A stretch of 63,761 nt of DNA, filler included, from Licmophora abbreviata (GCA_900291995.1; 10 parts of 10 records of this genome joined end to end with filler, not necessarily neighbours in it); one strand, 5' to 3'. Numbered from the whole stretch's first letter, positions 12,349-25,642 are shown. The notes: generated by a model from the letters alone, not told the origin. Program-made: numbers and translations.

Positions 12349-14207
12349 CTATATGTCAATCACATCCTCAGACTCCCCTCTCCCAGCACCGATTTCTACT
12401 CTAGTATCACTCATGACGTTCAAACCAGGTGCCAGTATCTTCAAGTAACGATCAAAGTAGAGACTCTGCTTCACCAGCAGACCGAACTCGCGAGGTAGCT
12501 TGAGCCCGTTGTCTTCCGTGACGTCCACAATCTCCAGCAGTAGTTCTGTAATTTCGTTTTCGTCAAAGTCGATTGTTCCACCCACTGAGCCGTCTGACAT
12601 GGCCGTAACTGTCACGCCCTCTGGCTGGACATTATTCAGCTTCCTCAGGACTTTCTCAATGTCTTGTCCAAACTTCTTGGTATCCACCTCGTCGTCAGCA
12701 GCTCCCATATTGCAAAGCGCCACTGCCATTCCTTCATAGTCCAACGTAGCAAGCGCCACACTCAACTCGTTGACGGCGTTAAAAGTCTTCTCGCTGATGC
12801 GGCCTACAATACCAAAGTCGATAAAGCCGACGCGACCGTCTTCCAATACTGAAAGGCAAAAAACGATTGAGTGAGATGGGTGTGCACGACAACACATGCG
12901 CCGTACACACAAAGTGCAAGCGATACGTCTCATCGTACCAAGTAAGTTCCCCGCGTGCACGTCGGCGTGAAAGAAAGGCATGCTGGTGACAGACATGCTC
13001 CATACATTCAACGCAGTGATAATGGTGCTTTCGGGATCAGAAGTTATCTTAGAGATAGAATCAACGTCCAGCAGACTCACGCCACGGAGCCTTTCCATTG
13101 TTAACACCTTCTTCGTAACGAACTCTCCTGCAGACCAAAAGACCAACCAAAGAGTGAGCAGCGTTCAAGTCGAAATAGACACTTGAGATTAGCCAACGTT
13201 CTACATACGGTACACCCGAGGCGCGGTCGCTTGCTTTGTCAATCCGTTCTCGACAATGAATTGACGAAACTCTTCAATGTTGGTGGCTTCCTTTTGAAAG
13301 TCGAGTTCTTCCAACATGGAAGCTCGAATGTCTCCAGCAATCGCTGACAGTGATGTTCGCTCCCAGTCAGGCTGCAAGAATTCCAATAGACGAGACGCAA
13401 CAAAGATGAAACTGAGGTCTGCTTTGAGCGATGCGTCAATCCCGGGCTTTTGCACTTTGACTACAACGTCCTCTCCCGTTTTTAATTTGGCAGCGTGAAC
13501 CTGAGCGATACTAGCAGAAGCAAGCGGCGTTTGGTCAATCGATGCAAACGTTCGCGATATTGGACCTGTGTGTATACAATTGAAAGGCGTGGTTTGGCGG
13601 TGAGAGGGATTCAGTCACGCCGGACCTGAAACCAATGGTGGCCATAGTATCCATTACCTATCTCATCTTCAATGACGCGCTTGATGACAGTCCATTCCAA
13701 GGGTTCGGTCTTGTCAAGACACTTTTGAAACTCGAGCACATAGTCCTTCGGAAACAGAGTCGGACTGGACGCAACAAACTGACCCAGTTTGATGTACGTT
13801 GCGCCGAGTCGTTCGAAAAGCTTTCTCAACGCCACAGGGACAGAAAATGGCTCCGCTTGCGGCCTCCCGGGTTGCGGCAAAAAGTCGCTGACTGTAGTTG
13901 TGAATGCCATATAGGCCTGGATAGTTCTAGCAGGTCCAGCTTTTGGTCCTGCTTCAATGGCGGCTTGAGTAATGTCACGGAGCAAAGAGATTGCTTCCTC
14001 CTGTGTGCGATCTTGCACCGTCTTCTTGGGTCGCCGAGTCGTTGACGACGACGACGTTGAGACCATACCGACGACCATGCGATTTCTAGCGAAAGGGTTG
14101 CTTGCAGGCCGAGCCACTGACTGCGAAAACGCGGCGGCGACTGTCGCCAGTATTGCGGCGGCCGACAGCACACATTGGAAGGAGAGCAAAGCTCTTGATC
14201 GCTTCAT
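12349..14207 (-). CDS. ABC1K9: Plastid ABC1/UbiB atypical kinase (ABC1K9-like), multi-exon
   Basis: Signal peptide + AAA-F. LFERLGATYIKLGQF, PLASASIAQVH, KVQKPG, EELDF, FFHADVHAGNL, FIDFGIVG, LKLPREFGLL. Three inferred introns. Confidence 0.88.
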
Positions 14208-14751
14208 GTTGCGGAAATAGATTGTTTCACCGACCGCAGGCTAGGACCGTCAGGCTAGTCGAAGGGCATCAATCCTTCGTTGATTCTGCGAACATCGATT
14301 GTCTACGATCATACGAAATGTTTCGTGAAGAAGACTGATGTGTCCCGCGAGAGGGAAGGATGAGGTCGACGCGCGTCTGACGCAGAGACGCCGGCGAGTA
14401 AACTAAAAGCTCGCGCCGTACGATGAATTGGGGAGTTCGAAGTCCGAGGGGTTGTTTGCTTGTTGTGCGCAGTCTGGGTATCATACCTGGCGTATCGATC
14501 ATTCTCTAAAGTGTTCTCTAATTCACGAGACACTCATCAAAGTGCCCTTGAGCTTCTGACATATCCTGAACTAAAGTGCAGTGGCTTTCTGCAAAACTTT
14601 CGAGTCCCATAGCGTCATGCAATAATTTTGTATGGTTGAGTGTCGCCCGAAAGGTGGCACCTTACCATGTCACGCGAACGTATTGCGCATAGCAACATCC
14701 CTTTTATAGGGAGCAATAAACTATCCTACATATCTCCAAGAGCAGCAAACT

Positions 14752-14776
14752 CTACTACTACTACTACTACTACTAC
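14752..14776. repeat. (CTA)n microsatellite
   Basis: About 8 perfect CTA units, intergenic. Confidence 0.9.
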
Positions 14777-15007
14777 AAGAACAGAAGTCGCTCGCTATAT
14801 GGTCCTGCCGGGTGAACGAGAACCACGCTGGACACTACTACGTTCGCATAGGACAGTGCCAACGGGAGCCTAAATCCAGACAGCGCGAAGAAGTTCGACT
14901 TACACTGNNNNNNNNNNNNNNNNNNNNNNNNNNNNNNNNNNNNNNNNNNNNTTAATTAATTAANNNNNNNNNNNNNNNNNNNNNNNNNNNNNNNNNNNNN
15001 NNNNNNN

Positions 15008-16629
15008 CCTCATCATCATCATCGCTACTGTCGTCCTCCATCATTTGCTCGTCCCCCGTGTCCTCACCAGCCAGAAGACTGACCACATCATTCGATACTC
15101 CGTCCATCTCATTTCCTTCTGTCTTACCCTGTTCGAGCTGGACAAAATCCATTTCGTCGCTGTCTTCCAGTCCCTTCATGACAGCCTCGTCAAACTTTTC
15201 CATGTCAAACTCCTTCGAAAACTGCGAAAGAATCACGGCGTCGTCGCTTCTCGTCTCAGGCAGCTCGGTAGGAGGAGCCGTGAAATAAGGAATTTTTCCA
15301 CTGTTCCAATCTCGAAGAACCGTTCGGGCTGCAGCTACCTTATCGGGAATCCCACCCTTAAGGACTCGACCATATGACCTCGCCACCATGGCCAAGAACA
15401 TCATGACGTCTCCAGGAGGGAAAGCGGGAATATTGTACGTCATCAGTAGACTTGCTGGGTTGCATCGTGCTATCAGGGCGCTGACGGCGGGAATAGGATC
15501 CTCTATCGAGTCGGCGTCGACGCAATTTCCCAGCATGGCAGACTGATCGTCAAAGACTACCCCGGGACTGTCGAGAAGGCGTACGTTGCGATCCAACACA
15601 ACTTCCTGCATCGACGTCGTGAACCCCGGTCGCGGACTTACGCCGACAGCCCGAGAGCGCTTCAATGCATTAATGATGGAGCTTTTGCCAGTGTTGGGAT
15701 ACCCGACCACTAGTAGGGTGAACGATTGAGTGTCGACAACAAAGGGTGAGACATAGCATCAGATGGTGATCCATCTGACTGACATCCATCAAGGACATCA
15801 TGTGACACTCACCTCCCACGACAATCGTGGTCTTACTTTTCCCACCCGTACCACCGGTGCGTGAATAGTTCTTCAAAAGTTGTAACAATCCCTCCATCCC
15901 GACCGGAACCGTCGACGTAGACGCGTCTTCTTCGCTCTCCGACCTGTCACTGCTTGCCTTTACGGCAATGGTCGGTCTGGACCGTCTCAGATACGTAAGC
16001 CACTTGCTGACAACATCCTTGGGTACCAAATCAATTTTATTCAGCACCAATACCATACGTTTGTCTGAACGAGACATGACGGCATTCTCCATGGAAGGAT
16101 GGATTCTGGAGCCGATCGGGTCCCGCGCATCCAAGACTTGCAACAAGACGTCGGCCGTATCGACAACCTTTTTCAATTCACGAAGATAGGCTCTACGGGA
16201 CGATTGACCGGGTGCCACGGCTCCCTCGGAAAGATCTCGATGACGCCCTTCTTCTTGTTTCTTGGCAGTAAACTGGGCTTGGTCACGGGTCGCCTGTTCC
16301 ATGAGCTGTTGGACCGTTTTTGCCGTCCCTCCAGCTTCCTGATGTTCCTTTAAAGCTCGGAGTTCCGTTCGGCTCTTTTCTTTCTCTTCCGTTTTCCGCT
16401 GCTGCTGTCGCTCCCTCGTGCGCTGAATTTCCTTCAACAAGTCTTGCTTGAAGGGCCACGAGTTTGGAATGCCAGGATCCTTGTTCTTCTTGTCATGACG
16501 CACAATTCCGGCCTTGGCATCGCGTTTACCTTGTTTCTTCTGCTTGCGCTGCGTCTGCACTACCCGACGCTGGATCTTGTACTTGTCCTTGAGCGTTGTG
16601 CGCTTGGACTTGCCTTTTTTCTTCACCAT
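15008..16629 (-). CDS. GNL3: Nucleostemin/GNL3/Nug1 circularly permuted nucleolar GTPase; 3' end lost in gap
   Basis: Basic N-terminus KSKR...KYKI...DPGIPNSWPFK, VLDARDP, NKIDL, G|VVGYPNTGKSSIIN, LLDSPG, DWNSGKIPYFT. Intron 15710-15812. Confidence 0.93.
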
Positions 16630-16990
16630 GGCGAGACGAATGGAGGGTTATACTGCGATGCTGATTGCAACGATGGAGTGTGGGGAACGAAAGGAAGACG
16701 AAAAACGAAAATGGAGGGAAACGCGGCGACGAAGAATTCGGTGGCCGTGAGCTCATGTGTCCCCACTCATAGCCAGATAGCGGGCGGGGGTCGGACTGTC
16801 GCGCCAAAAACCAAAGAAAATCCGTGGCAAAGCAACAGTTTCAAGTTGAAAGTCTCTCCAGAATTCTGTGTCGCCTCGGACCATGCACAACATGTTTGTT
16901 GTCGGGTACTGACTCTCTGAACGATGGTCAATTGCTCGTGCTCAGGCAACCGACATTTCTTTTAGGAAGCCAGTGTTGGTTTGACGAACC

Positions 16991-18385
16991 ATGACGCCAT
17001 CCAGACCGGAATCTCGTGTTACCACGCAGCAGTACGACCCCGCCGTGCCGTCCGTAATTCCAATGTTGCAGCAGCCATCGTTGAACCGATCCGTTTTAAA
17101 AGGGGACTCGCAACCCACTCGCCTCAATGTTTCCACTCCAGACTGTCATGTCAGCACATGCTTAGTCTGCAATACGAATGAGTCTCGATATACGTGCCCT
17201 CGCTGCGAAATCCCCTACTGCTCTTTGGGATGCTACAAAAGGCACGACTCTGGCGGCACAACATCCTGTACGGAAGCCTTTTATCAGAATCGAGTGTCGT
17301 CGGTACTTCATATGGAGCAAAGGGACCGATCTGGTGAAATGAAAAGTATTCTCCAGCGATCGCACGACTCGCAAACTGCCGAGGAGTCGCCGATAATGCA
17401 CCCGGAAGCGCTTGGCGAAGGTGTTCTGTCTGACGACGAGTTATGGGCGATCTCCGATGCCTTGGATGTTGGATTAAATCTCGATAATGACGCTGACCTT
17501 AAAGACCTCTTGTCCCCTCGGGTCAGAAAAGCCTTTGTACAGGCCATGGAGAGTGGCGACTTGAGCAAAGTCATCGAACAGTGGCAACCATGGTGGACGA
17601 CAGAGCTTGTATCACTTCGCGACGTCGATGTGCGCTCCGAAGAGGAGGACAGCTCTGCCATCGGAAGAAGAACATTGGACGAAAGGTTGTTGAAGGTTCC
17701 ATCGTTCAATGTGCTACGACCAGGAATGAAACCCTCCCCGCTGCTGGCATGCAATCTCGTGGAGCTTCTCTATTGTATTGCGACCACACTGCGTTTGTAT
17801 CACGGGGTAAGGAATGCAGTCGCATCGAGCCGCGAAGCTGCAACCACGATACTGTCGTCCTCTGCAGTTCTCAGCAATGATGTGCGTTACGAATCTGTCG
17901 CTGAGGCCATGGTTGCGTGTACGGCGGCGTCGACGAAAGCGCTGTCGAGCGATGGTGATTGCAATACTCATTGGACCGTGCTTGCCGGCGACACCTCCCT
18001 GATCATTCGCAACCGACGACACATTGCCCACGCACTCTTCGATGCCATTGATATTGTTGCTGCCTCTGGGAGGGCGTCCAAGGATGCTGGGGAAACAACG
18101 ATTGCGTCAGAGTTGCGATTGGTCAAAAAGAAGTTGGAGTTCTACCTATCTTGGTCCCGCGACACTGACATGTTGTCGGACATGGAAGAACATGTTCAAT
18201 TCTGGATTGAGCAGTGGAAGCACGCCGATGCAGACGATCAGCCCACACGATCTGGACTCCTGGAGGAAAGCAAGTGGCAAGTTACAGACGAACGGGCAGT
18301 GTCGTCATTCGCAACTAACCGTGGCGTAAATCGACCTCCCAATACCTCAGAGCCGCTTATTCGCGAAAAAAACCGTTTCTCTTGA
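16991..18385 (+). CDS. zf-HIT zinc-finger protein (ZNHIT2-like)
   Basis: CLVC...YTCPRCEIPYCSLGCYKRH...CTEAFY, then GDLSKVIEQWQPWW and KKKLEFYLSW typical of ZNHIT2. Confidence 0.8.
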   Translation: MTPSRPESRVTTQQYDPAVPSVIPMLQQPSLNRSVLKGDSQPTRLNVSTPDCHVSTCLVCNTNESRYTCPRCEIPYCSLGCYKRHDSGGTTSCTEAFYQNRVSSVLHMEQRDRSGEMKSILQRSHDSQTAEESPIMHPEALGEGVLSDDELWAISDALDVGLNLDNDADLKDLLSPRVRKAFVQAMESGDLSKVIEQWQPWWTTELVSLRDVDVRSEEEDSSAIGRRTLDERLLKVPSFNVLRPGMKPSPLLACNLVELLYCIATTLRLYHGVRNAVASSREAATTILSSSAVLSNDVRYESVAEAMVACTAASTKALSSDGDCNTHWTVLAGDTSLIIRNRRHIAHALFDAIDIVAASGRASKDAGETTIASELRLVKKKLEFYLSWSRDTDMLSDMEEHVQFWIEQWKHADADDQPTRSGLLEESKWQVTDERAVSSFATNRGVNRPPNTSEPLIREKNRFS

Positions 18386-19011
18386 TGAAAGAGAATGAGG
18401 GAGATGGATGAATTGATAGAGCTTGTGATATAGAATGTACTTGCCTTCTTCTCTAAGCTCTCTATACGCTGACCTTTCATTTCCGGGACAAACGCCATAG
18501 TCCAGTCTACCATCCCGAAATAGAACTCAACGTACAAGCACGTTTCTACGGCTTCACTCATGACGACTCGACTCACTCTACTACGAGGTAGATCGACTGG
18601 TCTATCGAGGACCCGTTAGTCGCGCGTGACCTACCCGGGTAATGTGCCATCAGCACATCAGTCACATTGCGGCGTGCAAAGCTCACCGCAACGACAGTCG
18701 ACTTAGCTGAATGAACGATATTAGACAAGGGTCTTATAGTTGTGGTATTGCGAGAAACGTGGTATTTACTAAATTGTGAGGGGTTGTACGACAAAGTCTA
18801 TGGCACCGCCGGACACGTTTGGACATTTTGCCCAATGCCAGAAATGACCCCCGGTCCCGGAACAGTCACATGTCACATCCCACTTTTCACACGGCATCAT
18901 CACCTCTCATCGCTTTTAAACATCACACAACCACAGCGCTAATACCACGGCACGGCGTGAACTCGTCAACGGGTCACTCTTCAAAACGAGAACTACAAGC
19001 ACACACGCGCC

Positions 19012-19611
19012 ATGTCCGACATTGCACCGTTCGTCGCAGCCGCCATTCGGGACAAGACTGTCCTGGACCTGATGGAAGAAAATCGAAAACTGCGAGATAA
19101 TCTTGAGAAGGCTCGAGCCGTTACAATAACCGGACCCGACGGTAGCCCAGTCTACGCCCAGGCATCGTTTGCATCGGGAGCGTACGCGGACAATCCAAAC
19201 CTATGGGAAGTGCAATTCACAGAGTGCGAGAAAGTACCACTTTCATGTTGGCGAGATTTGGAGTTACATGTCGGGGGTGTTTTGAGAGTCAAATTGGGTC
19301 CGAATGACGGTGATTATGAAGGTTATCTGGACGAGGTCGACGAGGACAGCGAAAATCAAAAGATGATTCACTTCTGTTTCGGCGAGGAAAGAGGGGGTCT
19401 CTGGCTCAGTTTTTTCGTACAAGGATGGCCTGAGGAGAGATGGAGAGCGTACAGGTCACGTTTTCGATTGGCACCAGATCTTGACGAAATTTTTCAGGAA
19501 TTGGATAGTGTTGCAGAGCAATCTTCAGGCGCAGTCATGTCCGTATTAAGCGTCAGCTTTTTTGCTAACTTGGTTCAAGGAGCCATTGATGGACTATGCG
19601 AGGAATGTTGA
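19012..19611 (+). CDS. Hypothetical protein (diatom-type family with N-terminal MSDIAPFVAAAIRD coiled coil)
   Basis: Clean 199-aa ATG-TGA ORF with protein-like composition. The N-terminus resembles a recurring diatom family as I recall it. Confidence 0.65.
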   Translation: MSDIAPFVAAAIRDKTVLDLMEENRKLRDNLEKARAVTITGPDGSPVYAQASFASGAYADNPNLWEVQFTECEKVPLSCWRDLELHVGGVLRVKLGPNDGDYEGYLDEVDEDSENQKMIHFCFGEERGGLWLSFFVQGWPEERWRAYRSRFRLAPDLDEIFQELDSVAEQSSGAVMSVLSVSFFANLVQGAIDGLCEEC

Positions 19612-19928
19612 CGGGAGAGTAGTTCTTCAAGCTGCTATCTCTTCTACAGTTACAGTACGTCGTGTTATCGAGAGACCCTGGTGACGGCTGGATAGACACA
19701 AGCTTATCAGTCCAAGTCGACCTTTGGAGCTTGATCAAACTTTTCCCCAACAATTGACCTTGTAGAAGAAAGCTTCTTGTCTATAAGGTGTATACGATAT
19801 TTCGCAGAATTTTGACTTCAAGTTAACGGCTGAGATAAGCATCCCGCTGACAAGTTAACTCCATCAGTGTCAGGATTTGCTCGAAACGAAAGGACTCCCG
19901 TACCAAACCAGTGAGAACAATGAAGAAA

Positions 19929-20207
19929 TCATCGTAGCTTGATGTGGCTGGCGAAACTCGGCCTTCCTCTCTCCAATCTGAGAAAGGATCGCTCGCTCAA
20001 GCGAAAGAGTGCCCCGACGATTGAGCTGACGTTCATCGTGTCTGGGAAGTTGTTCATTGCAGCTAGTGGGTGCGACGCCATAGTCAAGCCTCCGATCCCA
20101 GAGTAGAACTCAATGAATGTGTACGTTGCTACCGCTTTACTCGTTACTAGATCAACTTGCTCGCCGGTCAGCTTTGTCGCCCCCAATCCTATCTCTTGCA
20201 GCATCAT
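19929..20207 (-). pseudogene. Possible remnant of a C5-cytosine methyltransferase (DNMT2-like) gene
   Basis: FIEFYSGIGG (motif I) at 20088-20117 in a short ORF. Later motifs (SPPCQ, ENV) not found intact. Confidence 0.35.
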
Positions 20208-20463
20208 GGTGGCGGACCACAGCCGGCGCAGCGTAGTCCATTGTGCAGTATTGCGCGACAGTCTGTCAGCGAGCAGACAGCACATAAGATCGCATGCGTC
20301 ACTCAGCCGCCGCGCCGCCGGGTCCTTTCTCAGATCGCGATCTTTTCTTTCGGTGCCGCGTTGTCGTTGTGTTAATGATTGATTGGTGATCCATGTGCTG
20401 CTGCAAGCCTTGAAACTCAGACAAGGGACTCCAGAACGTTCATCTCGAGACTTTCGCTCCACT

Positions 20464-21591
20464 ATGACAGGTGTATTTGCATTTTTGCTCCTAGTGAGCC
20501 CGATGGTGGCAGCATTCTCGACAGCACCTCGCCACGTCGGTGTCAACGTTGAGACCTCGCCATTGTCACGCAAGCATCAATTCCCGCTCCAGCATCGGTC
20601 AGCGTTCATGGGGAACGATGTGGAGGAGACGATACAACCGACATTCGATCCTATGGATTTTGCATCAAAGAGTGACGCACTTCCGTCAGGGGCATCTGTC
20701 GCCAAGACGGTGTATTCGGTAGCTACTGTCGTCGCCCCTCTGACACTCGCAGCAGACAAGGCAGTGGCGACCGCATTCTCAACAGGTGATCTGGATCCAA
20801 GAAACTTTAGTCCCGTATGTCCCGCAGCCGATGGCGTCTACCGTGTACTGCAGGGAAGCACACAGGCAGTTGTCGGTGAGCAAAACTTTGTCGAATACGG
20901 ACCCCTCATTGCAGGAGGGCTCTTGCGTATTCGATTGGAGCTTTGCGTCGTCGAAAGCTTTTTCAATGAAGCTGTTGGCCCGTTCATTCAAAAGAATGGC
21001 GTTAGTTGGATCTTGCCTCTGCACGAAACAGTCGAAACATTCTTGGCCGGTACAATCTTCAGCCTCGCTTCTACGTTCATTCTCGTTGGCTCCACCAAGA
21101 TTGTCGCCGTGATAATCACATACTTTGACGTCTTTTTCGGTGCACCGGCCCGACTCTTTGGAAATTTCTTCTTTGACCGAGCACGAGGCAAGCCCGTTAC
21201 GTTGGATGTTGGCTTTGGACCCTTCAAGACACGACTGGTGGGACCTCCGCAGGAAGAAATCGAAGAGGAAGCAAGGAGCGCCAGCGACCTTAACAACTTT
21301 CAGAACACCAATGTTCTCAGTTTGGCAGTGATTCTATTGAGCGGTATCTTGAAAACGGGAGGAGATGTGCTGAAGGTACGTTTCCAAAGGATTTTCTAGC
21401 TAATGTCTGTGTTTTTGCTCACCGTGCGAATCTTTCGCTGGACTTGTTCATCCGCACCACAGATTCTACGAGACTTCTTTGATCTCCTGGACTTGTTTGT
21501 GGGGCGATACCTTGTGCTCATAGCTACAGGGTACATTTTGTTAAAGTTCGTACACTTCAAAGTGTTTCCGGACTTTCCGCCAGGGTTCTAG
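20464..21591 (+). CDS. Plastid-targeted uncharacterised membrane protein, 2 exons
   Basis: Signal peptide + VAA-F, several hydrophobic helices. Intron about 21376-21461 joins ILRDFFD...FPPGF*. Confidence 0.75.
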
Positions 21592-22116
21592 GATCGATCG
21601 AGGTTCGATCTGTGCTACTGGACTTGGACTATTTCAAATATATTGTGCGCATGACACAGGCATCGGTATGCTCCGTCACTAGGTCTTTTGACAACAGCGA
21701 TCACACACTCAATTCAAGTGACTGCCTAAGAGGGTAATGAGCTACGATAACATGAGTAAGCGCACCGAAACCTACTGTAGGTCTGGTCTATCTGAATTGG
21801 ATCGCAACAGCCATCTTGTTCGGAATGCGAGCTCTTCGAAAGAGCTTTCATGCTGCCTGATTTGGCGCGACACACAATGCATGGCTACGAGACTGAAGGT
21901 TATTAAAAGATTGAATTTGAAAGTTTGCTAAGTGTCGTATTTGTCGTAGCACCGCTTGCGCGCAGCACAGTACACTCTTCTCTAGTCTTCCCGCCCGTTG
22001 CATGAAGCCAGCCCCTCTTGGCTCAGTTTCGAAATTCGGAACAAGCTTTCCCGTGTCGATTTATTTTTGGCGCGGGCAAAGAAACGAAGGAGTGTCGTCG
22101 CATTGTTGACAGTCTG

Positions 22117-25100
22117 ATGGCGATGATGAGGCATTATCGAGCACTTTGCGTGCTTACGGCAGTATGCAGTGTCCTGACTGGCTGCCATGGTGATAAACCA
22201 TCGAGATCAAAGGCTGGATCCCATCGAGTCGATCCGAAATCGATTCAGTCACGAGATAGGAGGGGCAGCATTGACACCAACGAGCCGAGGGAGACCGTCG
22301 ATAGCAGACTGGACAGTATCTTAGACCCCGAATTCTACGATGAGCCAGGAGGAAATCCGTACGATGATATTGTTGGGAGTTTCCAACAAAGTCTCAAGGA
22401 CAACGCTTTTGAACCCGGGGAAGACCAGCATTCTGACTCTTTCAACGAGGTCACCTATGCCGACGACCGAGCGAATGCAAACGAAGGTGGATTTGGAGAC
22501 GAGCTTCACATCTCTCCAGAAAACAAAGGGCCTTTATACGATGCTTACAACCAGTTGCACTCATTAGCGCAGGTACGATCTACTTCTCGGTTGGTACAGA
22601 AGCGAAATCTAGGACACCCAGTACTGACAATTGTCTTGTCTCACTCTTGCTACCCTCACAGGACTTCAAGAAACCATTTGACGCTCCGGCTGTGGTGGTC
22701 GTTGGTCACCAATCTTCTGGAAAATCCGCTTTGATTGAAGCGCTCATGGGATTTCAGTTCAATCAGGTCGGGGGGGAACGAAAACTCGTCNNNNNNNNNN
22801 NNNNNNNNNNNNNNNNNNNNNNNNNNNNNNNNNNTTAATTAATTAANNNNNNNNNNNNNNNNNNNNNNNNNNNNNNNNNNNNNNNNNNNNAACGAAAACT
22901 CGTCGTCCCGTTGCTCTGAGAATGCAATACAACCCGCACTGTCCCAGTCCAAGATGCTTCCTCGTTGGCGAAGATGGCGTCGAACGACCCATGACTCTTA
23001 GTGCAATCCAACAGTACATTGAAAAGGAAAACAAGCGACTTGAACGGGACCCGCTGCGCTCCTTTGAATCCAAAGAAATCAACGTTCGTATGGAGTACAA
23101 ATACTGTCCGAACATGATCCTCATTGATACGCCCGGTCTCATTGCTGCACCGCGCGTCCCCAAGGGACGAGGTGGAGCGGGCTCTGCCTTTCAGCAGCAA
23201 CGTGCACTGCAGGCGTCTGCGCGTGAGGCAGAACGTCTGGTCGTTGAAAAGATGTCGTGCCCGGACTATCTTATCCTCTGCGTTGAAGACACCAGCGATT
23301 GGAAGCACGGTGCGACTCGCGAAATCGTCCAAAAAGCGGATCCAGATCTTTCTCGAACCGTCGTCGTTAACACCAAGTTCGACACCAAGCTACCTCAGTT
23401 TGGAGCGCCAGCGGACGTCGAAGACTTTCTCCGTGCTCGCATCATTGATCGTATTTCGCCGCACAAGCTCGGAGGCCCGTTCTTCACGTCAGTTCCGAGT
23501 GGGCGCGTAGGGCGTCTCACGGAGAAGTTCGATTCTGAGTTGGGAGAGTTTCTATACGATGATGATGACGAGTTTGTGGCCGCTTGCGGGGAAACAGAGA
23601 GTACAGACAAGGCGATGGTCATACAACGGTTGAGGCGACGGGGCAAGGAGGGGGCTGAAGCTACGGCAAACACTCTAGTGAAGCGAGTCGGACTGGGAAA
23701 CCTCAAGAGCTTCCTTGAGGATCGCGTTGATGAGTCTTACAGACGTAACGTTGCCAAGATTATTCCTATGCTCCAAGCAGAATACAATACAGCCGAACGC
23801 CGCCTGAAGGCATGTGAGGCGGAACTCCAAGCTATTTCAATCGAGAGTCTCAAAGCCGGAGCTGATGCCTTTTGCGATCAATTCTGTGTTAGCCTGCGAA
23901 AGGCACTGCAGGGAAGTATTGTTGCTCCCGCAAGTCTGTTCGGCGAGACTTTGGCTCAGGAGACAACCGCAGCTGGGTCCTTTCACGGTAAGTGGGCATT
24001 TTCGGTCCGTGTTAAAACGCTGTCGTGTCCTCGGCGCTCAATCTAGCTGGCCTCGTTGACACTACTTGACAGATGTGCAAGGTGCCGCAGTTGCTGTTTC
24101 AGATCGAACATGGGACCGTCTTGTCGAGACTGAAGTGGGAAGCAAAGATCATCGGCTGTATGGTGGCTCACAGTATCACAGGACACTTCGAGAGTTCAAC
24201 CTCGCCACCAGGTGTCTTCGACTGCCCAGCGTCACGGAAGACGAGATCGCCAATGCTGCCGGAATCGGGGAAGCTCACGACGGCGTCAACTTCATACATG
24301 CGGCATGTGTGATTTCCATTGAGAAGGCACGCCTCTCGTTTGAGCCACTCCTGGAGGCGCTACGTGTACGCATTACTCACGTCATGGAGAAGCTGTGCCC
24401 CGTCACCGAATACATGCTACGAGAAACCCAGGAGCGCGGAGCCAGAGTTTCCACCTTCAAGTACATGGAGGAGGAGAGCAGAGGATATGTTGGAGGCTCG
24501 TCGCGGTCTAAGGGCACGCCAGACATATCGCAGAATCCTCAATTTCGTCAAATGATTCGCAACATCTTCGAAAAGTTCGTTCAGATATGCTCCGACTCGG
24601 TAAGACCAGGTATCTATCTTCTTTCGGGATGACCGACGCCGCCACTCACGTTCTAGTCTTTTTCAACTGTTGCGTTTTCCTAATTCCAGGCAATGTCCAG
24701 GTGTCACGACGACCTCACTTCCGTGACGAGATACGTTACATGGAATCTCAACGATCGAAGTGGCGGTGCACTCCGCAGATCTCTGCCCGACCAGACTGAC
24801 CTTGTGCAAGTGTACCAGGTTGCTGTCAAGGCGGCGAAGAAGCCAGCTACGACGTCGACAAAAGGAACCAAGGCCGACTCTAGTTCGACCAAGAACGAGG
24901 GCGCGTTGACACGTGCCCAACCCATGAAGGCTGCTGTGCGTGCCGAAAACCAGAACGAGCGCGACTATCTCAACCTCCTGCAACTTATGGAAGAAGCCGC
25001 CTGCTCGCGAGACGACGGACGCACCAACATGGTCGTCGCTGGACTGGTACAGCACATTGTCTCGCAATGGCGGGATTCTTTCTGCAAGACTGTCGTCACA

Positions 25101-25418
25101 AAGTTCAATTACTACTTTATGTTACCGTTTGTGGACGAATTCCACCGATTCTTGAGACACGAGCTACAGAAAATGTACGACGGAGAGAGTCTGAGTGATG
25201 TTTTTGACCTGACTGCAGCCCGTCGATCGCTAACTCAACAGCGTCAGGAGCTCATGAACGAGTGTGCCGCCAACAAGCGACTTCAAGAGAAGTTCGAATA
25301 TTGCGCACGCATGTTGCGACACCAGGAGGATTCCTCCCATGCTATCCCCAAAGCAAGCGACCTTGCGATTCTCGAGGCTAGTACAGATTCATCAGGTAGT
25401 CGGAGACGGCGCAAGTAA
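22117..25418 (+). CDS. DRP5B: ARC5/DRP5B plastid-division dynamin with N-terminal signal peptide; multi-exon, interrupted by a false gap and a 1-nt homopolymer slip
   Basis: LYDAYNQLHSLAQ|DFKKPFDAPAVVVVGHQSSGKSALIEALMGF, TKTRRP, LIDTPG, NTKFD, RLYGGSQYHR. Introns about 22573-22661, 23988-24071 and 24600-24689. Confidence 0.92.
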
Positions 25419-25642
25419 GCAACGTCACATCCAAGCGGGAAGTTGCATTGAACGGGCTCACGGGGACAGTAACACCTAGCGCTTGGGGTAGTAGAATGTT
25501 GAGTCTCTCTGCGGCCAAGCCATCACGTATCGAGCAGATCTCTTTTATCCTTAGACCCGAGCGTTTGAAGCGTAAGATACTACTATAAGCTATTAAGTAG
25601 GCGACGACACGGGATACAGCGCCACCCCACTGCCATGATGCT

